Virus record (IMG/VR): IMGVR_UViG_3300025723_000048 | Coordinates: 1-55,867 of that record | Length of the DNA: 55,867 nucleotides | DNA from: a virus | Lineage: Duplodnaviria; Caudoviricetes | Strand: one strand, 5' to 3' | Part shown: piece after piece, positions 1 through 11,192 of the stretch | Layout: each line of letters opens with the position of its first letter | Position numbering within the stretch: the stretch's first letter is position 1 | Notes under the pieces: generated by a model | Seen by the model: the letters and a program-made list of their open reading frames with translations, nothing else | Told to the model about the DNA's origin: nothing | Database searches by the model: none | Translations under genes and position numbers: made by a program

Positions 1-1785
1 ACTTTTAATAATAAACAAAATGCTCTTACTAATCCCGTAACAGGAACAGGAACAACTAACTATATAACCAAATGGACAGGAACAAATACTGTTAATACAA
101 GTACAGCTTATGATGATGGTACAGGGTTTATGGTTAATACTACAACTAATGGTGGAAGGCGATTTGTAGTTTATAGTGCAAGTGCGGATAATCAAATGGC
201 AGTTACAGGAACAGGACCTTCGATAAGATTTGCAGATAACATAGCATCCCCCACATACTCAGCTCTATATGGGATGGCTACTCAGTCTAATAACTATATT
301 ACAGGAGCAGTAGCAGGAGATTTTGCGATAACATGGAATAGTGCTAATAACTTATTATTGGGATATTCAAACACTTCTACTGAAAAGGCAAGACTTACAA
401 GTTCTGGAAACTTTTTGATAAATACCCAAACAGATAATGGACAAAAATTGCAAGTAAATGGTACTTCTTATTTTGGTTCTGATATGTTTACTTATGCTAA
501 TGGAGGTATATTCTTTAATGGTAGTGGCTCTTATACAAGTGGTATATTCCAAAATACAAACGGATTAAACTTACAAACAGGTAGCACTCCTAGACTTACC
601 ATAGCCTCTACAGGAGCTGCTACATTCTCAAGTAGTGTAACGGCAGGGGATTTAATATCAACATCTTATGGAACTGCTCGTATTCAAATTAATTCAACTA
701 CAAATAGTTCAAATGCAGGATTGAGGTTTGGTGCTAAAAACTCAAGTGGTACTAATAATAACGCAGGTTTATATTTTGTATCAGGAACAAATACAGCAAA
801 TACTTTTTTATCATTAGTAGCAGATGATAACACTTATCAATTAAATGTTTTAGCTAATGGCAATGTAGGTATAGGAACAACAAGTCCAAATGTTAGCGGA
901 CAAGGTTCAAGCGTTTCGGTTTTAACATTAAAAGGAAGTTCACAATGGGGAGTTTATGAAGTAGCTAATAATGCTAATACAAGTGATGGACTTTTATTAG
1001 GAGCGTATGCATTTACAAATCCTTCTTTAAGTTCTGGATATACAATGCCTGCTTATATAGGTTCGTGGTTAAGTGGTGGAGGTTCGACAAGCGGAGGCGA
1101 TATGAGATTCTTTACGCAATCAAGCGGAACGGCAGGAGCAACCGAAAAAATGCGTATTACAAGTGGAGGTAACGTAGGAATAGGTACTACAAGTCCTGCG
1201 GAAAAAATTGATATAAATGGAGCATTAGCAGTAAGAGGAAGTACGGCAGGATATGCAAGTGCAAGTGCAGTAGGTGTATTAGACCAACCAACAACAGGTA
1301 TTACAAGGTTATTATCATTCGGACCGAATACTTCAACATTAGGTTCTTTTAATTTTTATATTGCAGGAGCTAATAATACAGGTGGAATTACTGCTTTATC
1401 CATAGGCTCCACAGGAGCTGCTACATTCTCATCTCTTGGAACAGGTACAGTATATTCAAATAGTGGAACACTAACAAATACAAACCCTTCTGATTCTACT
1501 TTAAAAAATACAATAACTCCTTTAGGTTATGGATTGAATGAAATAATGCAATTGCAGCCTAAAACATTCTACTATAACTCAGATTCAACTAAATCAAGCC
1601 TTAAATATGGTTTTATCGCCCAAGATGTCGCCCAAATAATGCCTGATATGGTAAGAAAAATAGAACCTAACAATCCCGATTCTAAATTAGGTCTTGAATC
1701 AGATGGTATTTATGTAACATTAGTAAATGCGATAAAGGAATTGCAACAAGAAATACAAGATTTGAAAAAACAGATAAAAAATTAA
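1..1785 (+). CDS. Tail fibre protein, distal part (5'-truncated), with C-terminal intramolecular chaperone (peptidase S74)
   Basis: Frame is open from base 1 (TFNNKQNALTNPVTGTGT...). Repeated GNVGIGTTSP and TGAATFSS modules. C-terminal SDSTLK...L.PK.F.Y...GFIAQDV followed by a coiled coil is typical of S74 chaperones. Confidence 0.85.
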   Translation, partial: TFNNKQNALTNPVTGTGTTNYITKWTGTNTVNTSTAYDDGTGFMVNTTTNGGRRFVVYSASADNQMAVTGTGPSIRFADNIASPTYSALYGMATQSNNYITGAVAGDFAITWNSANNLLLGYSNTSTEKARLTSSGNFLINTQTDNGQKLQVNGTSYFGSDMFTYANGGIFFNGSGSYTSGIFQNTNGLNLQTGSTPRLTIASTGAATFSSSVTAGDLISTSYGTARIQINSTTNSSNAGLRFGAKNSSGTNNNAGLYFVSGTNTANTFLSLVADDNTYQLNVLANGNVGIGTTSPNVSGQGSSVSVLTLKGSSQWGVYEVANNANTSDGLLLGAYAFTNPSLSSGYTMPAYIGSWLSGGGSTSGGDMRFFTQSSGTAGATEKMRITSGGNVGIGTTSPAEKIDINGALAVRGSTAGYASASAVGVLDQPTTGITRLLSFGPNTSTLGSFNFYIAGANNTGGITALSIGSTGAATFSSLGTGTVYSNSGTLTNTNPSDSTLKNTITPLGYGLNEIMQLQPKTFYYNSDSTKSSLKYGFIAQDVAQIMPDMVRKIEPNNPDSKLGLESDGIYVTLVNAIKELQQEIQDLKKQIKN

Positions 1786-1822
1786 ATAAAATACATTAAA
1801 TTTGTCAAAGAATAATCAAATT

Positions 1823-2151
1823 ATGAAAAAATTATTAGTAATTGCCTTATTAGCAATCGCCTTTCAATCAAAAAGTCAAGTAATAGATACTACTAAACAT
1901 TTTGGTATTGCAGTATGCCCTATTAATCCCGTAATGGCTAAATACTCTGATACTATCCCTTGTACTTTCTTAGGAGTAAGGTCAATTTTTGATAACTTAA
2001 AGACTACTTGCACCCAGGAGCAACTCATATAGATGGTAATTCTACTATTGGCGGTGCAGACTATCAAGGATGGAACGGAAGTAACACCTATCCGTTTTAT
2101 TTTACAGGACAACAAATTAACGTAACATTCGTAACACCAACAACAAAATAA
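1823..2151 (+). pseudogene. Secreted small fibre-associated protein split by a -1 frameshift or deletion
   Basis: ATG 1823 encodes signal peptide MKKLLVIALLAIAFQSKS-Q and stops at TAG 2030-2032. The -1 frame is open 1996-2151 and gives PGATHIDGNSTIGGADYQGWNGSNTYPFYF...TK*, resembling the C-termini of small proteins that follow fibres. Confidence 0.55.
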
Positions 2152-2164
2152 AAAAAAACAAACT

Positions 2165-2416
2165 ATGAAAAAAACAGGACTATTGGTATTAGGTTGTATC
2201 CTACTATTCGCCTTTGCAGAAAAAGAATTAACGGTGAAGTATGATGCTAAAACTTGGAATGAAAAACTACAACTTATCGAAGCAGCAAAACAATTACTTA
2301 AAAATTCAGATGCTCCTTCTAAGTATGCTAACCCAGTTTGTGATTCATTATCTAAGTTTCAAAAAGAATTAGTAGACCAATTACAACCGCAAGTACCTAA
2401 AGAAGAAAAAAAATAA
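2165..2416 (+). CDS. Small secreted protein
   Basis: N-terminal MKKTGLLVLGCILLFAFA signal peptide; one DSL sequon. Confidence 0.7.
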   Translation: MKKTGLLVLGCILLFAFAEKELTVKYDAKTWNEKLQLIEAAKQLLKNSDAPSKYANPVCDSLSKFQKELVDQLQPQVPKEEKK

Positions 2417-2417
2417 A

Positions 2418-2723
2418 ATGGACATCACTACTGAAATAACGCTGATGGAAAGCCGGCTTTCAACTATGGAGACAAAATTAAACGAAGTAGAAGACAAGAT
2501 TGACTCTATAGACGAGAAGCTTAATCAAGTTATTGAGGCATTGGTAGGTAATAAGATTACAAAGAATGGCGGTATAGTAGATGATGTTAAATATTTAGAA
2601 GACCGTGTTGCAAAACACGATGAAATTGCTAAAAGATTAAGATGGTCATGGGCTATTATACTAGGAATAACTGCCATTGTATCATTTATCATAGAAGTTC
2701 TAGTTCAATATTTTAAAAAATAA
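2418..2723 (+). CDS. Coiled-coil membrane protein (holin/XhlA-like candidate)
   Basis: Heptad coiled coil, single C-terminal TM segment, basic tail; in lysis cassette. Confidence 0.55.
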   Translation: MDITTEITLMESRLSTMETKLNEVEDKIDSIDEKLNQVIEALVGNKITKNGGIVDDVKYLEDRVAKHDEIAKRLRWSWAIILGITAIVSFIIEVLVQYFKK

Positions 2724-2733
2724 AACAACAATT

Positions 2734-2955
2734 ATGTTAGCTATTGAAACAATCACAACAAATGCAGCTTTGGTAATTAGTATCGTTATTGGTATCTATG
2801 AAGTTATTGCTCGTGCAATTCCTACAGTTAAAGATATTACAGTAATAGGAAACGTGGTAAAAGTATTATCTTTTATTAGTGACTCTTTAAACGCTTTGAA
2901 GGCTCCGGCTTCTGCTCCTGCAGCTCCGGTTACACCTCCAACAACACCTGCATAA
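2734..2955 (+). CDS. Small membrane protein (holin candidate)
   Basis: Hydrophobic N-terminal helix, Pro/Ala-rich tail, upstream of spanin and endolysin. Confidence 0.5.
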   Translation: MLAIETITTNAALVISIVIGIYEVIARAIPTVKDITVIGNVVKVLSFISDSLNALKAPASAPAAPVTPPTTPA

Positions 2956-2980
2956 TAAATATTATTTATTGAAACAAAAG

Positions 2981-3005
2981 AGCTGTAGTAAAATACGGCT
3001 TTTTT
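2981..3005 (+). terminator. Intrinsic terminator
   Basis: AGCTGTA-GTAAAA-TACGGCT followed by a T-run. Confidence 0.65.
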
Positions 3006-3022
3006 GCTTAAACAAACTAAAC

Positions 3023-3529
3023 ATGAAAAACACATTAATCTTATTCGTTTGTGCATTATTACTATCATGCGGAATCAATCATTCTGTTCAAAAAGTTTTA
3101 ACCAATGAAACTGCTTTCAATCAAGTAGGAAGGAAGTGGGCCTCTTTAAATCCCATAGACACATCTATAACTAAAATAGTAAATACTACTAACACTGTAT
3201 TAAGAGTTGACACTATGGAGACTAATTATATATTATTAGATACCACTACTCATAAAGATACTTTGTATAAAGTAAAGGTAATAAATAGTTTACAAACTAT
3301 TAGAGACACTACTATAAAGTATATTATAGACAATAGGATGCTACATACCCAGGAGGATTCAACTTCTTTCTATAAGAATAAATCTTTGCAAAATATAATT
3401 ATTTTACAGGATTACCAAAAAAACTTGACAAAATTCAAGTGGTTGTTTTGGATTTTGCTTATCTTAGTAGCCTTAGGATTATTGGCTAATTTTTATATTA
3501 AATATATAGCAACAAAAATAAAGATATGA
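3023..3529 (+). CDS. Unimolecular spanin (u-spanin)
   Basis: Likely start ATG 3023: lipoprotein signal MKNTLILFVCALLLS-C plus a C-terminal TM helix; Thr-rich periplasmic part with several D-[ST] motifs. Confidence 0.8.
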   Translation: MKNTLILFVCALLLSCGINHSVQKVLTNETAFNQVGRKWASLNPIDTSITKIVNTTNTVLRVDTMETNYILLDTTTHKDTLYKVKVINSLQTIRDTTIKYIIDNRMLHTQEDSTSFYKNKSLQNIIILQDYQKNLTKFKWLFWILLILVALGLLANFYIKYIATKIKI

Positions 3530-4053
3530 GTGTAAGTAACGCTTATCCGAATCTAATAGAAATACCATATAAGAAAACCTCTGTTGACATGGCAGAAGTT
3601 ATCTCTTATATTAATGAGACTAACTATCTAGTAGAAGTTAAACGAGCTTGTTATGTTTTATTTAGAAACGAATCAGGTAACGGTAACAACGGAGTATGTA
3701 ATAACTACATAGGCCTTCAAGCTGATGGAGCTAAGTCTGATGAGTTTGTATCTCCTAAGATTGTTGCTACTTGCGTACAGGCAGAGAACATGACAGGTAA
3801 ACAAAGAAGGTTTGCTTGTTTTAATTCATTTAAAGATTCTGTAGATGTTATAGAACATAACGTAATAAACAGAGGTATTTTTATAGGTGGTAAGTCTCAT
3901 CCATATTCAAACATAGATGTTAAGACACCTCATGATTTGGCATTAGCATATTATAAAGAATGGGTTATAGGAAGTTACAAAGCAACACCGGATGAAGGAT
4001 TTATAAATGACTTCATTTCGATGTACAACCAAGCTATCAACAAATTCAAATAA
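3526..4053 (+). CDS. Endolysin, divergent GH73/FlgJ-like glucosaminidase
   Basis: ESG.G...NNYIG...E...RF..F.S..DS pattern resembles the GH73 catalytic region; position after the spanin. Confidence 0.65.
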   Translation: MSVSNAYPNLIEIPYKKTSVDMAEVISYINETNYLVEVKRACYVLFRNESGNGNNGVCNNYIGLQADGAKSDEFVSPKIVATCVQAENMTGKQRRFACFNSFKDSVDVIEHNVINRGIFIGGKSHPYSNIDVKTPHDLALAYYKEWVIGSYKATPDEGFINDFISMYNQAINKFK

Positions 4054-4057
4054 ACAC

Positions 4058-5080
4058 ATGGCAAGACCAAAGAATCTTATAGTTGAGGAATATTGTTCTC
4101 AATTTAAGGAAATGAAAACGTACACATTAGCTAAGAAGATATTTGAAGAAAACCCTGGACTATATAAAAATCTACACAGTTGTAGAGGTGCAGTAGCAAA
4201 AAAAAGAGCAGCTTGGGGCAATAAGAATAGACATTTAGCTACTCATCCAAAGCCATTAAATTACGATACTACTAACTCTAAACCAAAGGTAGTAAACACA
4301 TCAGCTAAGGTTCTTATATTAGATATAGAGACTGCTCCATTAATGGCTTTTGTTTGGAACATATGGCAGCAGAACGTAGGTATACATCAAATAATAAATG
4401 ATTGGTTTTGTTTTACATGGGCTGCTAAATGGTTGTTTGAAGACAAAGTTTATTCAGGTAGATTAACAAGTAAGGAAGCCCTAGAGAAGGATGATAAAAG
4501 AATAATGGAAGGTGTTTGGGGTATGTTAAACGAGGCTGATATTGTCATAACTCACAACGGAGATAAGTTTGACTTACCTAAATTAAATACAAGATTCTTA
4601 TTACATGGGATGAAGCCTGTTTTACCTTATCAATCTATAGATACACTTAAGGCAGTTAAAAGAACACTAGCTTTTACTTCTAACAAACAGGAGTATATTA
4701 ATATGTCTTTAGGTACTGCTAGAAAAGTAGACACAGGTGGTTTTGAATTATGGGATAAATGTTACAAAGGAGATGTGGAAGCTCTTAAGAAAATGGAAGA
4801 ATATAACATTGGTGATGTAACTAGCCTAGAAGATAATTATCTTAAATTAAGGTCCTATATTAAGCCTCATCCTAACATGGGACTGTTTATATTAGACGAG
4901 CATGAAAGATGCCCTTCTTGTGGCTCTAATGAGCTTAAAGAGACAGGTAAGTTATATATGACTAGCGTAGCTTCTTACGAATCATTAAGATGTGATAATT
5001 GCGGTGGTGTAGGAAGAAGAAGGAAGTCTAATTTAACCGTAAACGAGAAAAGAAATATTTTATCATCAACACCGAGATAA
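4058..5080 (+). CDS. DEDD/RNase H-like 3'-5' exonuclease with C-terminal zinc ribbon
   Basis: LDIET, HNGDKFD, IDTL, YNIGDV motifs; CPSC...CDNC. Likely start ATG 4058. Confidence 0.85.
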   Translation: MARPKNLIVEEYCSQFKEMKTYTLAKKIFEENPGLYKNLHSCRGAVAKKRAAWGNKNRHLATHPKPLNYDTTNSKPKVVNTSAKVLILDIETAPLMAFVWNIWQQNVGIHQIINDWFCFTWAAKWLFEDKVYSGRLTSKEALEKDDKRIMEGVWGMLNEADIVITHNGDKFDLPKLNTRFLLHGMKPVLPYQSIDTLKAVKRTLAFTSNKQEYINMSLGTARKVDTGGFELWDKCYKGDVEALKKMEEYNIGDVTSLEDNYLKLRSYIKPHPNMGLFILDEHERCPSCGSNELKETGKLYMTSVASYESLRCDNCGGVGRRRKSNLTVNEKRNILSSTPR

Positions 5081-5271
5081 TGAGCAAACTGCAAGAAAGT
5101 GTAATAAATGACATGAGGCAAAGAGAAGAAAGGGGGTTAAAGAAATATGGTACGGATATGGACCGTACAGATTTAACCTTAAGAGAGTGGCTTCAACACG
5201 CATACGAAGAAAGTTTAGATAAATCGTTATACCTTAAAGCAGCAATTAGAGAACTAGACAATAAGAAATAA
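5080..5271 (+). CDS. Small all-alpha protein, MazG/NTP-PPase-like
   Basis: KKYG...WLQHAYEESLD...YL motif. Confidence 0.5.
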   Translation: MSKLQESVINDMRQREERGLKKYGTDMDRTDLTLREWLQHAYEESLDKSLYLKAAIRELDNKK

Positions 5272-5272
5272 C

Positions 5273-5458
5273 ATGAAGATTCCTAAGAGTTTTAACAAGA
5301 TGAGTAAAGAACAACAAGAAGAGTGGTTAGTAGCTAAGTTAAATGAAGTGTATAAGACAGAAGATGAGATTAAAAGATTGTTAGGTAGTGTAAGAGGTGG
5401 AAAAAAGTTAGTTTTTGAAATAGACAGGGTAGATGAAATAATACTTAAAGAAAAGTAA
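5273..5458 (+). CDS. Hypothetical protein
   Basis: Tightly packed ORF in operon. Confidence 0.65.
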   Translation: MKIPKSFNKMSKEQQEEWLVAKLNEVYKTEDEIKRLLGSVRGGKKLVFEIDRVDEIILKEK

Positions 5459-5459
5459 T

Positions 5460-5777
5460 ATGAATAAGATTATCATTCCAACAGAGTTTAAATTAAACGG
5501 CAAAAGAATAACTGTTGAGTTTGATAATGAATACTGCCAGGCTGAGGGCCTTCTAGGTGAAGCTGACTTCAATGAAAAGGTTATTACACTAGCTAACTCT
5601 TATGATGGCAAGAGACTTAAGAAGAAAGATATAGAGCAAACTTTATATCACGAACTCATGCACATGATATTAGATGCTGCTAACAGTAACAAACTTAAAT
5701 ACAATGAAGAGTTTGTAGACAAGATAGGTTTATTAATACATGAATACGAAAGGACTAAAAAAATAAAACCCCTATAG
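5460..5777 (+). CDS. Small HEXXH zinc metallopeptidase-like protein
   Basis: HELMH motif plus downstream EE. Confidence 0.7.
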   Translation: MNKIIIPTEFKLNGKRITVEFDNEYCQAEGLLGEADFNEKVITLANSYDGKRLKKKDIEQTLYHELMHMILDAANSNKLKYNEEFVDKIGLLIHEYERTKKIKPL

Positions 5778-5787
5778 AAATAGGGGT
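5765..5787 (-). terminator. Terminator between convergent transcription units
   Basis: ACCCCTAT-AGAA-ATAGGGGT perfect stem with an A-run on the left (U-tail on - strand). Confidence 0.75.
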
Positions 5788-5811
5788 AATATAAAATCAA
5801 AACAAACATAA

Positions 5812-7672
<1,861 letters not shown>

Positions 7673-7686
7673 TTATTTCAAGTTCA

Positions 7687-7694
7687 CAAATATA
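7687..7694 (-). promoter_or_regulatory. Bacteroidota -7 promoter box for groEL-groES
   Basis: TATATTTG on - strand, 23 nt before the groEL ATG. Confidence 0.7.
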
Positions 7695-9650
7695 CTACAT
7701 TCCGAAATTACTAACAGAAAAAGTTTCTATTAATGGTTGTTTTCTTTTAGCTATGGCCTGAGATTTTACTTGACCTGTTAAAGTAAGCAGCATAATTTGG
7801 AAGCTTACAACAGTATCAAACTCAGTTCTATCAGAGTGTCTGTATCTTTTTAACTCTTCTAATAGGTTAGGAAAATAAATTTTTTGACAATGATGTTCTA
7901 TGTAGTTAATACAATACTCTAACTGCTTGTTAAGAGCAAAGGCATCACCACTAGCTACACCTCTTTGTTGATGATTAACCTTAGTCTTTCTTAATGGGTC
8001 TATGACTGCGTCAGGTTTCTTACCTAACATGGGAAGACAGTTTAACTTTAAGTCATTATCAGCCTTAAAATATTCATAGTAGTCATCTCCTGCATCCATT
8101 TCTATAGTTGAAGGTACTCCGTAGAACATAGCAGCCATCAACATTTCTTTCCAAAATAACTTCTTCATCTTTGGCCTTCCATAATAATGAGCTATAGGTA
8201 GTCCTGTATCCTCAGGGTTAGTAAGGTCATACTTTTCTCCTACCCAGGCAGAGCCCATAGAGCCCTTGCCTGATGTCATACTACTTCTGAATGGGTCAAC
8301 ACCTATACCATACTCCATGGTACTTAAAGGATACATGACATTGTTTTTGATAATAAAGTTATTTGCTTTCTTTGGCAGCTTATATATTAACCAATTACCT
8401 GAGGAGTCATCAGCAAACTGTACTTTATCTTCTCCATCAAAATAAAGCCTTCCTCTTCTTAGGTGAACGGGTTTATTTTTAATAGCTGCTTCTTGCATTT
8501 CTATATGGTCCAAGTTAAACTCGCAATCCTCATCAGAGAACTTAAAAGCTTCCATCTCATTTAAAGGATAATCTCTAACATCTTGTTCTTTTTTAGAGTT
8601 AGCCCTATCTTCTAGAATATATTGCTGAGCTTCTTTTTTCTTACTAAAACCATATTCATCTACAAACCCGGCTAGACCTTCGTCAGCAGGACAGAAATAC
8701 CTAACAAGCCTAGTAGGTGTTCTTCTACCGTATTTGGATTGGTCTGATTCATCCCATATATCTTTGAACTCTTGTCCTCCCATATTAGGAGGGTTCACAG
8801 TAGAAATCATTAGACCAAAACCAACCTTGTTAGCTCCTTCTGTTAAAGTCTTTTTAGCTATACCCCAGTATTCCGATATTGACATTTCATATTTTCCCGC
8901 TTCATCTATTAAAAGAATACTCCATCTACCTGAGTCAAATGAGTTCATGGCAGTGTTTCTCCATTCTATAAACGAATTTAAACCTTCACGCTTATTATAT
9001 AGACCGTTCTTTGCAGATTTTCTCTTAGCTTGTTTAACAAATATCAAGCGTTTTTTAGGGTCTTCTGTACCATCGGTCCTCGGTTGAATAAATATAGGTA
9101 GAGACCTAAACCCATATACAACCATGTTTTGAAATAAATCCTGAGCATCCGTACCTGTTTTAGATATGATACCGCAACGAGTATTTTCATTTGTTGATGC
9201 TAGCTTAGTAAGTATACAAGACGATTGAGAGGTAGCACCTTCACGACGCTTTTTAACCCTTACAATACCTAGTATATCTTTATCGTTGTAACATTCATCA
9301 TAGAAGACAAACCACTTTCTATCAGCATCTCTATACTGAGGATTGTCTCCATTTTCTAGTGTCCAATAATTTAAGTAGTAGTAATGATTACCTGTAATAT
9401 ATGTAGGGTAGCCGTTGTTCATAAACCAATAACCATTCTGTACACGCTCCCACTCTTCCTTAATAAATTCAACCTGCTCATCAGAGTATATAGGCATATC
9501 CTCGTTATCAAATTCTATATCATAGAAAGAGTCAGGTACTTTAGTCTTTATAAACTTCTGTTTTTTTTCAGAAAGATTATGGTTGGCTATTTTATTTATC
9601 TTAGGAGTATCAGGAATGGTACACTCTAAACCATATATTTCAATTATCAT
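7695..9650 (-). CDS. terL: Terminase large subunit
   Basis: VKKRREGATS Walker A variant, LLIDEAGK Walker B, GVDPF nuclease motif, C-terminal FD.V acidic motif. Confidence 0.9.
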   Translation of the reverse strand: MIIEIYGLECTIPDTPKINKIANHNLSEKKQKFIKTKVPDSFYDIEFDNEDMPIYSDEQVEFIKEEWERVQNGYWFMNNGYPTYITGNHYYYLNYWTLENGDNPQYRDADRKWFVFYDECYNDKDILGIVRVKKRREGATSQSSCILTKLASTNENTRCGIISKTGTDAQDLFQNMVVYGFRSLPIFIQPRTDGTEDPKKRLIFVKQAKRKSAKNGLYNKREGLNSFIEWRNTAMNSFDSGRWSILLIDEAGKYEMSISEYWGIAKKTLTEGANKVGFGLMISTVNPPNMGGQEFKDIWDESDQSKYGRRTPTRLVRYFCPADEGLAGFVDEYGFSKKKEAQQYILEDRANSKKEQDVRDYPLNEMEAFKFSDEDCEFNLDHIEMQEAAIKNKPVHLRRGRLYFDGEDKVQFADDSSGNWLIYKLPKKANNFIIKNNVMYPLSTMEYGIGVDPFRSSMTSGKGSMGSAWVGEKYDLTNPEDTGLPIAHYYGRPKMKKLFWKEMLMAAMFYGVPSTIEMDAGDDYYEYFKADNDLKLNCLPMLGKKPDAVIDPLRKTKVNHQQRGVASGDAFALNKQLEYCINYIEHHCQKIYFPNLLEELKRYRHSDRTEFDTVVSFQIMLLTLTGQVKSQAIAKRKQPLIETFSVSNFGM

Positions 9651-9916
9651 AGTCTAAATTCTAATGGTATATTATCTTCATCCATGAACATATTACAAGC
9701 TGCTTTATTCATTGCATAGAATATGTCTTTATTGATATTCATAACCTTCTGCATTTCATATACATTGCAAATTAAGGGCCTAGTTTCGTATACTGAACAT
9801 TTGTCATCTACTAATTTTTCACATACTCCATTTATATGTGAGTAAGGAAAATCACTACCTACAAACTTGTCTACTCTTTTGCAGCAACAACCGCATCCTG
9901 AACATGGAAAACTCAT
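9647..9916 (-). CDS. YkgJ-type CxxCxxCC cysteine-cluster protein
   Basis: CSGCGCCC...C..L....C.VYE.RP..C. Confidence 0.85.
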   Translation of the reverse strand: MSFPCSGCGCCCKRVDKFVGSDFPYSHINGVCEKLVDDKCSVYETRPLICNVYEMQKVMNINKDIFYAMNKAACNMFMDEDNIPLEFRL

Positions 9917-10266
9917 AACATTGAGTTTAAAGGTATCAATACACCTTTTGATGTATCATTATCTCCACCATTTTTAAAACCATTCTTACCGTAAAAATAT
10001 TTAACTAATTCTTTTAATCTTTTAGTAGATATTATAATAGCTAAATCTTTATCATCTATTCTATAAATCCAATAAGCAGCCTCAGTTGTTGATATACCTG
10101 ACTCCTTACCTCTAGAATAAACTTCTATAAATATATTACCTGTTTTGGAGGCCATACGGTCGCTTTTTACTTCAACCTTAAGACCTCCGGTAAACAAGTC
10201 ATTGACCCACTTCTCTGCTGATTCAGCAAAATCTAAATCGTAATAGAATGAGTTTGAGTATTTCAT
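9913..10266 (-). CDS. PD-(D/E)XK nuclease-like protein
   Basis: VEVKSD...TGNIFIE...SGI..T.A..W pattern. Confidence 0.6.
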   Translation of the reverse strand: MKYSNSFYYDLDFAESAEKWVNDLFTGGLKVEVKSDRMASKTGNIFIEVYSRGKESGISTTEAAYWIYRIDDKDLAIIISTKRLKELVKYFYGKNGFKNGGDNDTSKGVLIPLNSML

Positions 10267-10267
10267 G

Positions 10268-10546
10268 TTAGAATGGTAATGAATCTACTGAATTACTTAC
10301 TTGTGTAGTATTCACAGGAGCTGCATTTACTGCATTATTACTTGCAGGTTTCCAATCATCAATAGTAATACTTACATCTTTACCATATTTGTCTGCTTTA
10401 CCTACATTGATGTTAACCTTTACAAACTTTTTACCGTTAAATTCTTGAACGTGCTTAACAAGTTCTTCAAAGTTTAAAGATGCCTTAAACCAGGTGTCAT
10501 TTTGTTTTTTACCTGAACCTGCGTAAATTTTTGCCTTTTTTTCCAT
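10268..10546 (-). CDS. Putative single-stranded DNA-binding protein
   Basis: Small beta-rich domain, low-complexity linker, C-terminal DSLPF SSB-type tail. Confidence 0.6.
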   Translation of the reverse strand: MEKKAKIYAGSGKKQNDTWFKASLNFEELVKHVQEFNGKKFVKVNINVGKADKYGKDVSITIDDWKPASNNAVNAAPVNTTQVSNSVDSLPF

Positions 10547-10557
10547 GATTGTTGTTT

Positions 10558-10959
10558 TTAATTTAAATTGTTCATTTCTTGTTTACAGTATGATAATGCC
10601 GAACGAAGTATATCTATTTGGTAGTGCATCTCTTTAATTAGCAGCTCACTTACATTATCCCAAAAGCTAACATCTCCTATCTCAGAACTAAGTACAGACT
10701 TCTTTTCCATAGCTCCCATATTCTCCATATTTAACTTAGTAAGTTTTCTAAGAGTAAACTTTTCAGTAAGATAAGTAAGCATAGCCTTAGATTGAGCTGC
10801 TAGTGCCTGTACGGATTGTATATCAGATAATTGATTAAGTACAGCCATAGGATTACTCATATCAACCTTATTAGCTATCACCTTCCTAACAGATTCGTGC
10901 ATAGCCAATGCTTTTTCAAATCTTTCTTGTAGTGCGTCTTCTTCAAATATTTTTTTCAT
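10558..10959 (-). CDS. Hypothetical helical protein
   Basis: ORF track; operon packing. Confidence 0.7.
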   Translation of the reverse strand: MKKIFEEDALQERFEKALAMHESVRKVIANKVDMSNPMAVLNQLSDIQSVQALAAQSKAMLTYLTEKFTLRKLTKLNMENMGAMEKKSVLSSEIGDVSFWDNVSELLIKEMHYQIDILRSALSYCKQEMNNLN

Positions 10960-10960
10960 G

Positions 10961-11191
10961 TTATTTTTTTCTTAAAGATTTATCAGGTTTACTAGATATT
11001 AAAACTAATATAATAAACCCTATTATTAGAGCTGCTAAGGCCCATAAACCCCATTGGTGGATAGTAGTGTTAGTTAGTCCATTATAAATAAATCTAAGCA
11101 AATATTCTGCTAAATATATTATCAAACTAATGATAGATAATATTATTGTTAATATAATAATAGCATTTATATTTTCTATTATCTTATTCAT
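10961..11191 (-). CDS. Small two-TM membrane protein
   Basis: Two hydrophobic segments. Confidence 0.65.
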   Translation of the reverse strand: MNKIIENINAIIILTIILSIISLIIYLAEYLLRFIYNGLTNTTIHQWGLWALAALIIGFIILVLISSKPDKSLRKK

Positions 11192-11192
11192 T

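Noticed and set aside
1-1785. Diversity-generating retroelement targeting the fibre
   Set aside because: No reverse transcriptase and no adenine-specific TR/VR pair seen in the window.
2030-2032. Stop-codon reassignment (TAG readthrough as in some crAss-like phages)
   Set aside because: Long genes are intact under code 11 and TAG terminates the portal, capsid and terL genes.
2969-3022. Upstream TTG start for the spanin
   Set aside because: Spans a terminator and would bury the lipoprotein signal; ATG 3023 preferred.
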